Source: Thiohalomonadales bacterium
GTDB lineage: Bacteria; Pseudomonadota; Gammaproteobacteria; RBG-16-57-12
NCBI GenBank assembly: GCA_050295955.1
Contig: JBNKQQ010000083.1
Coordinates: 10,219 to 74,218, forward strand
Reading direction: 5' to 3'
Length of the DNA stretch: 64,000 nucleotides
Both the position numbers and the translations under genes were made by a program. Positions 59,196-64,000 of the stretch are shown here, piece by piece (the stretch's first letter is position 1; every line of letters starts with the position of its first letter). The notes beneath the pieces are model-generated. The model did not search any database, was not told where the DNA came from, and was given only the letters and a program-made list of their open reading frames with translations.

Positions 59196-60710
59196 CTATT
59201 GGATATTCACTATAAATTGCCCACTACGCGCTGCTAGCAGTCCATCTTTTACTATAAAGCATTCTATGCTGTGCATACCTTTATAGGAGGTGGACTCCTG
59301 TCTTGTTAATGAGTTGCAGTCTCTAGAAAAGTCACCCCGTAATCCACAAGCCAATTTAGCTTCGTTACCAGTATTTACCACCTGCCAGTGTACTTTATAT
59401 GGAGGTGGAATATTTGTTGTAGCCTCAAACTTTAAATCGCAGTTTTTCGGCAAGGCTTCACCGTTGCTATCAAATCGGTATGGCCCATATTTATTCTTTC
59501 TATATGTAGCCTTTGCAATTTGAACATTCCCTTGTACTGAAGTCTTCCAAGGGGGAGTTTGTTTATGGGGAGGATTTAGAGCTAACTGTTTGCTTGAATG
59601 ATGGTGTATGTCACTGTAATTTACGTTGTTCTTTGAAAGTGATGCATCGATTAGTTTTTTTCCTAATCTAGGTGTGAGGGTATTAGCTGCAGATTCCTCA
59701 TTTAGTGCATTAGCTGCACTGTAGAAATCTTCTCTCGCTTGGGCGAGCCACTCATAGAATGCACCTTTCCTTTCAGGATATTGTTGCCAGCGGTCAGAAA
59801 AATTTTCAGCCGGGTCCGTCGGGTTGGGTATCCATGACACTCCATTACGTGTCTCTATAAAGCTATCCATGCGTTGAAGAATACTATACAGTGCCCCTGA
59901 TATAGTCGGTTCTTGCTGGTATGCATGACCTGCCAATGTGGTTAAAATAATGGATATGGGCTTTTCATCCAATCGTTTAGCAAACATAGTATTCCTATGA
60001 TGCTTGAGAAGTTGAATAGCTGACTGTAGTGGTGTACGAACCTTATAGTCTGGTATATCTTCAACGCTAGCATTAATTGCATAAGCAAGTTCCTTTTTTC
60101 TCTGCTCAAAAATCACAGTCATTCGGGATTTGAACCAGTCGCTATATCCCTTAGGGTTGCTATGTGGCCAATAAGAAGTGATGCATTTGTAATATGGGTG
60201 ATCCCTATCAGTAATGGCGATTGCAGATTCAGACCATTTCGAAGAAAATCCTCTGCTAGCAAGAAGATATCTCATATCCTCCCCGTCAGGGATTGCAGGC
60301 AGTGTATCCAAATGAAATTGTGCACCATCAGCATAGTTTTGGGTCCAACAGCGTCTGCCTTCATCAGGTATTTTCATTTCATGTGCTTTCGCATACTCCT
60401 TTAACTCAAAACCCAAGGCTTCCTTCAATTGATGTTGTGTTAATGAGCTTTTTGACAAAGTCAGTTCACAAACTAGATCAATGTCATAATCGTCATCACC
60501 TGAGTGGGGTTTAATGACTGTTCCTAAACGAAATGATCCTTGAACGTATACCTGTGGATTTGCATCTTTAAGCTTGGAGCTATCTCTGTTTAGCCATTTA
60601 CCAACTGATGTATAGCTGCGCTCTGCTGCTTCATATCTGCTGGGAGATATTTGTAGTGCTTCTACTGCATTTTCAAGTAGCTTTTCAGTGTGTTTCTTAA
60701 TGTTTGTCAT
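59196..60710 (-). CDS. SMODS/CD-NTase-type (cGAS/DncV-like) nucleotidyltransferase with ~300-aa C-terminal extension (possible AGS-C sensor)
   Basis: QGSFRLGTVIKPHSGDDDYDIDLV = GS...[DE]x[DE] Pol-beta NTase motif, in SMODS-like N-terminal context (..Y..V..WL). 504 aa. Confidence 0.6.
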   Translation of the reverse strand: MTNIKKHTEKLLENAVEALQISPSRYEAAERSYTSVGKWLNRDSSKLKDANPQVYVQGSFRLGTVIKPHSGDDDYDIDLVCELTLSKSSLTQHQLKEALGFELKEYAKAHEMKIPDEGRRCWTQNYADGAQFHLDTLPAIPDGEDMRYLLASRGFSSKWSESAIAITDRDHPYYKCITSYWPHSNPKGYSDWFKSRMTVIFEQRKKELAYAINASVEDIPDYKVRTPLQSAIQLLKHHRNTMFAKRLDEKPISIILTTLAGHAYQQEPTISGALYSILQRMDSFIETRNGVSWIPNPTDPAENFSDRWQQYPERKGAFYEWLAQAREDFYSAANALNEESAANTLTPRLGKKLIDASLSKNNVNYSDIHHHSSKQLALNPPHKQTPPWKTSVQGNVQIAKATYRKNKYGPYRFDSNGEALPKNCDLKFEATTNIPPPYKVHWQVVNTGNEAKLACGLRGDFSRDCNSLTRQESTSYKGMHSIECFIVKDGLLAARSGQFIVNIQ

Positions 60711-60729
60711 ATATTCTTAACCTCTCCAA

Positions 60730-60963
60730 TCAATCTTTAGGTGGATATGGGTCATTGCCATGACTATCGCTACTGGCAATACGTCCATTTTTATTGTGAA
60801 TGCGCAATTCAGTGCCTTGATTGCGACTGGTTTCACGCCCTTTGCTGATAGCATCAGCTTTTGTTTTATGGTGGCTGCTTGCCCGTTGAGCTTCACCACG
60901 TTTAACATCCCAGCCACCTTGAGGGTTGGATACGATGTGATGCGTTTTAGGACCTTTTGGCAT
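60730..60963 (-). CDS. DUF2188 small protein, immediately upstream of and co-oriented with the nucleotidyltransferase
   Basis: KGPKTHHIV.NP.GGWDVKR...RASSHH.TKADAI..GRE.SRNQGTEL.IH.K.GRI...DSHGNDP.PPKD matches DUF2188 consensus. Confidence 0.65.
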   Translation of the reverse strand: MPKGPKTHHIVSNPQGGWDVKRGEAQRASSHHKTKADAISKGRETSRNQGTELRIHNKNGRIASSDSHGNDPYPPKD

Positions 60964-61269
60964 AATAATGCTCCTTTGCTTTATATATTTAACTAATTTT
61001 TAATCGATTATTAAGGGTTTCCTCAATTGCATACCTAATAGCAATTAGAGATAAATATCCCCTAGTGCTTATATATACTGCTGAGAATAAAAAAGTGGCG
61101 ATTTTTTGTAAAAACTTATAAGTCACTGTTAATGAAGGATAAAATTTTGTGCCGAATTCATTTTGTTAATTTGGCCTGTTGTAGATATAATTATTCTTAT
61201 ATAAATTTTATGGTGAATTTTTTCTCCACTTTTGCATTTTGAACAGTATTAGGGATATAGGAGGAAGTT

Positions 61270-61842
61270 TTGAGCGACCAAGCACATTACACTGAAATTG
61301 AGGTTGAGGAACTTATTCAAGGGCTTACTGATTCTCAAATAGCCAAGATGCTGCATGTTTATCGAAATAAGGGATGTCAGCAAAGGGCGGGACTATCAGG
61401 GCATGATGTTTTTCAAAATGCTGTAATGAAAGCTTTATCAAAAAAGAATTGCTGGAAAAAGGGAATCCCTGCTGAAGCTTATCTAATTATGCTAGGAAAA
61501 AATTATATAAGTAATGAGGAGAAAAAATATTCACGGAATGTTTATGAATCACAATCTGATAATTTACAGATTGAGGCACTTCCTATAACAGCTGTAGACT
61601 GCTCTGAACACACTCATGAGTTCATAATTCAGGAATGGGTTGGTAAAATTGTTAGCCTCTTTGCTGATGATAAAGATGCTTCTTGTTTTTTGAAAAGCAA
61701 GTTGGCACAGGCCAAAAAAGCTAAAATACTCGCTTTATGTAGATTTACAGATCAGGCATATCGAAATGTTGAAAAAAGGATTAAAGATAAGGCAAGGAAG
61801 AGATTTCCTGGTGGTGTGCCGTTTAATGAGGCAACGCTATGA
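61270..61842 (+). CDS. Hypothetical protein (190 aa), first gene of a divergent tri-cistronic operon
   Basis: TTG start with GGAGGA RBS. No recognisable domain. Its stop overlaps the next start. Confidence 0.4.
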   Translation: MSDQAHYTEIEVEELIQGLTDSQIAKMLHVYRNKGCQQRAGLSGHDVFQNAVMKALSKKNCWKKGIPAEAYLIMLGKNYISNEEKKYSRNVYESQSDNLQIEALPITAVDCSEHTHEFIIQEWVGKIVSLFADDKDASCFLKSKLAQAKKAKILALCRFTDQAYRNVEKRIKDKARKRFPGGVPFNEATL

Positions 61843-62276
61843 GTGCTGAATTTCTTAAAATGATCAATGAGTACATTATCGATTCAATTATTGAATGTGA
61901 TGATGATGAGTATTTGTCAAATATAGGAAAGGATGGTTATTCATCTCAAGAGGACATTGACTTTGCTAGATCATTTATCCAAGCCACTGTTAGGGAGCTA
62001 AGGCAAGAGCGCTTAAATGCTAGTAGAGAGCGTTATGCTCAATCAAAAAGCCAAAAAAGTGGTGTATTAGATACCATTTCTACAACAAAGCCTCTCCAAG
62101 AGATGCTTACTCAGATTATTTCAGTGATGCAAAGTGAAGAGCAGGTGCCTGATGGGTTACTTATCGCTTTTAGGGAACAAGGGAAAACTGGTAGTGAAGA
62201 GGGTATTCGCAATATATGGAAATCTCTCGTTGAGCTTGGATTAATTGATCCTGAGAAGGATGAAAATTCGAAATGA
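61839..62276 (+). CDS. Hypothetical acidic protein (145 aa), second gene of the operon
   Basis: ATGA overlaps on both sides. No recognisable domain. Confidence 0.4.
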   Translation: MSAEFLKMINEYIIDSIIECDDDEYLSNIGKDGYSSQEDIDFARSFIQATVRELRQERLNASRERYAQSKSQKSGVLDTISTTKPLQEMLTQIISVMQSEEQVPDGLLIAFREQGKTGSEEGIRNIWKSLVELGLIDPEKDENSK

Positions 62277-63040
62277 GGTTCAAGCAACAACCCAATGATA
62301 TTTTGAAAAGGCTTGGCATGTATGAGCCTGAAGATATTGATTTGGATTTAATTGCATTTGATTTGGGTGCTGAGGTGAAAAGAGCATCGTTGAATGATTG
62401 TGAAGGGAATATCCTAGGAACGTCAACGAAGGCAATTATTACAATTAATAAGATTTCTAGAATTGAAAGGCAGCGTTTTTCATTAGGACATGAGTTGGGA
62501 CACTGGGTAAATGATCGGGGAAAAAATTTAACTTATCGTTGTACTACGGACGATATGCGGCAACGCTCTATGATTCAAGAAGATTTTCGCCAAAATAAAG
62601 AAGTGCGTGCAAATCAATTTTCAGCAGAGCTCCTTATGCCTGACTTCATATTCAAAAGGTATGCTGAAAATTTGGATATTATCCTAAAGACAGCAAGATA
62701 CCTTGCAAATACTTTTAATGTGTCACTCACAAGTACCGTTATAAGGCTTGTTGAGTTATCTGAGAGGCCATGCATGATTATTTGCTGGGACAAGATGGGT
62801 AAACGGCGCTGGTTCTCACGTAACGATATTATTCCTGAAAAAATATGGCCACATGAAAGAATTTTTCATCCTCAAGAAGTATTCAAGCTTTCAGATGGAG
62901 TAGAGGTGGATGCTGATAAATGGATCAACTTGGCAGGATCAGAGAATTACACCGTAATCGAAAGTATATTTTCAAATACATATGACTTTTTATCACTCAT
63001 TTGGTGGAAGGATGAAGAGCAGCTAGCTCACTATCTATGA
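62273..63040 (+). CDS. ImmA/IrrE-family zinc metallopeptidase (CapP-like) with C-terminal Cys/His-containing domain
   Basis: HELGHW (HExxH) at the N-terminal peptidase core. Downstream E in QFSAELLMP. C-terminal CMIIC ... HERIFH. Confidence 0.6.
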   Translation: MRFKQQPNDILKRLGMYEPEDIDLDLIAFDLGAEVKRASLNDCEGNILGTSTKAIITINKISRIERQRFSLGHELGHWVNDRGKNLTYRCTTDDMRQRSMIQEDFRQNKEVRANQFSAELLMPDFIFKRYAENLDIILKTARYLANTFNVSLTSTVIRLVELSERPCMIICWDKMGKRRWFSRNDIIPEKIWPHERIFHPQEVFKLSDGVEVDADKWINLAGSENYTVIESIFSNTYDFLSLIWWKDEEQLAHYL

Positions 63041-63084
63041 GCTGCTACCTCAGATGATTCTCTACCTATAGCTATGACTACTTA

Positions 63085-63420
63085 GTACCGCATGCGGCCA
63101 TCCAATTTTTCCTACAAAGCGGTTCTTTTTCTTTTGCGTTAGCAAAACATAAAATGCTTTTCACATCCCGTTCAAATGCAGCCGAGGCTCGCAGCTGTGG
63201 ACGGATAGAGCGGATGGCATGTTTGAGCGTAGTTTGCGAGTTGCCAGGAGCACCGTTCGCAGTGAGAACCGAGGGAAGTCGCGTTGTTGGCGACCGGTAT
63301 TTTCGGGCCTTCTCTTTGATTACTTTCTCTTGGCCGTTCAAGAGAAAGTCATTAGCTGTCGGGCTACCCCCGACATCTCATTAATCGTCACGCAGTGACA
63401 CATAATCTTACCGCAGAGCC
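63085..63420 (-). repeat. Structured repeat element, copy R1 (inverted relative to L1/L2)
   Basis: The reverse complement matches the L-copy core (ggtcgccaacaacgcgacttccctcggttctcac...). Hairpins actttctcttg-aacggc-caagagaaagt and tgtcggg-ggtag-cccgaca replace the L-copy hairpins at the same positions. Confidence 0.75.
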
Positions 63421-63489
63421 AGTAGGGCAGGCTCACTACAGTGATAGTGATATAAAAATCGCGACTCGATTACTGTATTGCATTTCTGT

Positions 63490-63835
63490 GAGTTGAAGCC
63501 TGGATTCTGAATCAAGTTCAGAATGACTTTTTCTTTCGCGTTAGCGAAACATTAAATGCAGTTAATTCCCGTTCAAATACAGCCGAGGCTCGCAGCTGTG
63601 GACGGATAGAGCGGATGGCATGTTTGAGCGTAGTTTGCGAGTTTCCAGGAGCACCGTTCGCAGTGAGAACCGAGGGAAGTCGCGTTGTTTGCGACCTGTA
63701 TTTTCGGGCGGCCTTCTCTTTGATGACTTTCTCTTGGCCGTTCAAGAGAAAGTCATTAGCTGTCGGGTTACCCCCGACATCTCATTAATCGTCACGCAGT
63801 GACACATAATCTTACCGCAGAGCCAGTAGGATGCG
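63490..63835 (-). repeat. Structured repeat element, copy R2
   Basis: Near identical to R1. Confidence 0.75.
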
Positions 63836-63939
63836 GTGATAACCGCATCGATCGAGACAGAATCATTACACGACTGATGCGGTTCGTTCCTCACCACATC
63901 CTACATTGAATGACCGCTCCAGCCGCTTTTGGCCATCTA

Positions 63940-64000
63940 ATTTATCTCGCGTAGCGGTTCTTCTTTTTTCGCGTTAGCGGAATATAAAATGCCTTTCCTA
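63940..64000 (-). repeat. Structured repeat element, copy R3 (partial, truncated by window end)
   Basis: cttcttttttcgcgttagcggaatataaaatgc parallels the R1/R2 starts. Confidence 0.5.

Overview
This is a 64-kb gammaproteobacterial chromosomal segment of roughly 50% GC. Its core gene order resembles E. coli. It also carries chemolithoautotrophy markers.

Core content, in order along the window:
- a truncated adenine deaminase gene, followed by a REP-associated tyrosine transposase (RAYT) with an inverted REP pair
- rbgA, a CvfB-like S1 protein, ybiT, cytochrome c4 and gcvR
- a RES/Xre toxin-antitoxin pair, a PhyH oxygenase, ggt and an HD-GYP protein
- a form II RuBisCO cluster, cbbM-orf109-cbbQ-cbbO, with divergent cbbR
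- a DEAD-box helicase, an OmpA-like lipoprotein, a flotillin, phnA, roxA/ycfD and aguB-aguA
- corB-ypjD / ffh-rpsP-rimM-trmD-rplS, then ogt-xerD-dsbC and cnoX
- a tyrosine catabolism operon, hppD-hmgA-fahA-maiA, plus one unknown gene
- a second diheme cytochrome c and minCDE

The most striking region is an AT-rich island of about 5.1 kb at roughly 57.95-63.07 kb.
- It carries a CBASS-like anti-phage module: a SMODS/CD-NTase-type nucleotidyltransferase with a long C-terminal extension, a 2TM-SAVED-like membrane effector and a DUF2188 gene.
- Divergent from it is a three-gene operon ending in an ImmA/IrrE (CapP-like) metallopeptidase.
- The island has no integrase.
- It is bracketed by inverted arrays of a hairpin-rich repeat of about 0.3-0.4 kb. 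The repeat has a conserved core of roughly 200 bp and shows compensatory base changes between copies, as a structured RNA or MITE would.
- On the left these repeats interleave with a REP/BIME array that matches the REPs next to the RAYT gene.

Two tandem paralogous small secreted peptide genes lie at 33.56-33.94 kb and are missing from the ORF track.

All functional calls rest on motif and architecture recognition from the translations. No database searches were run.
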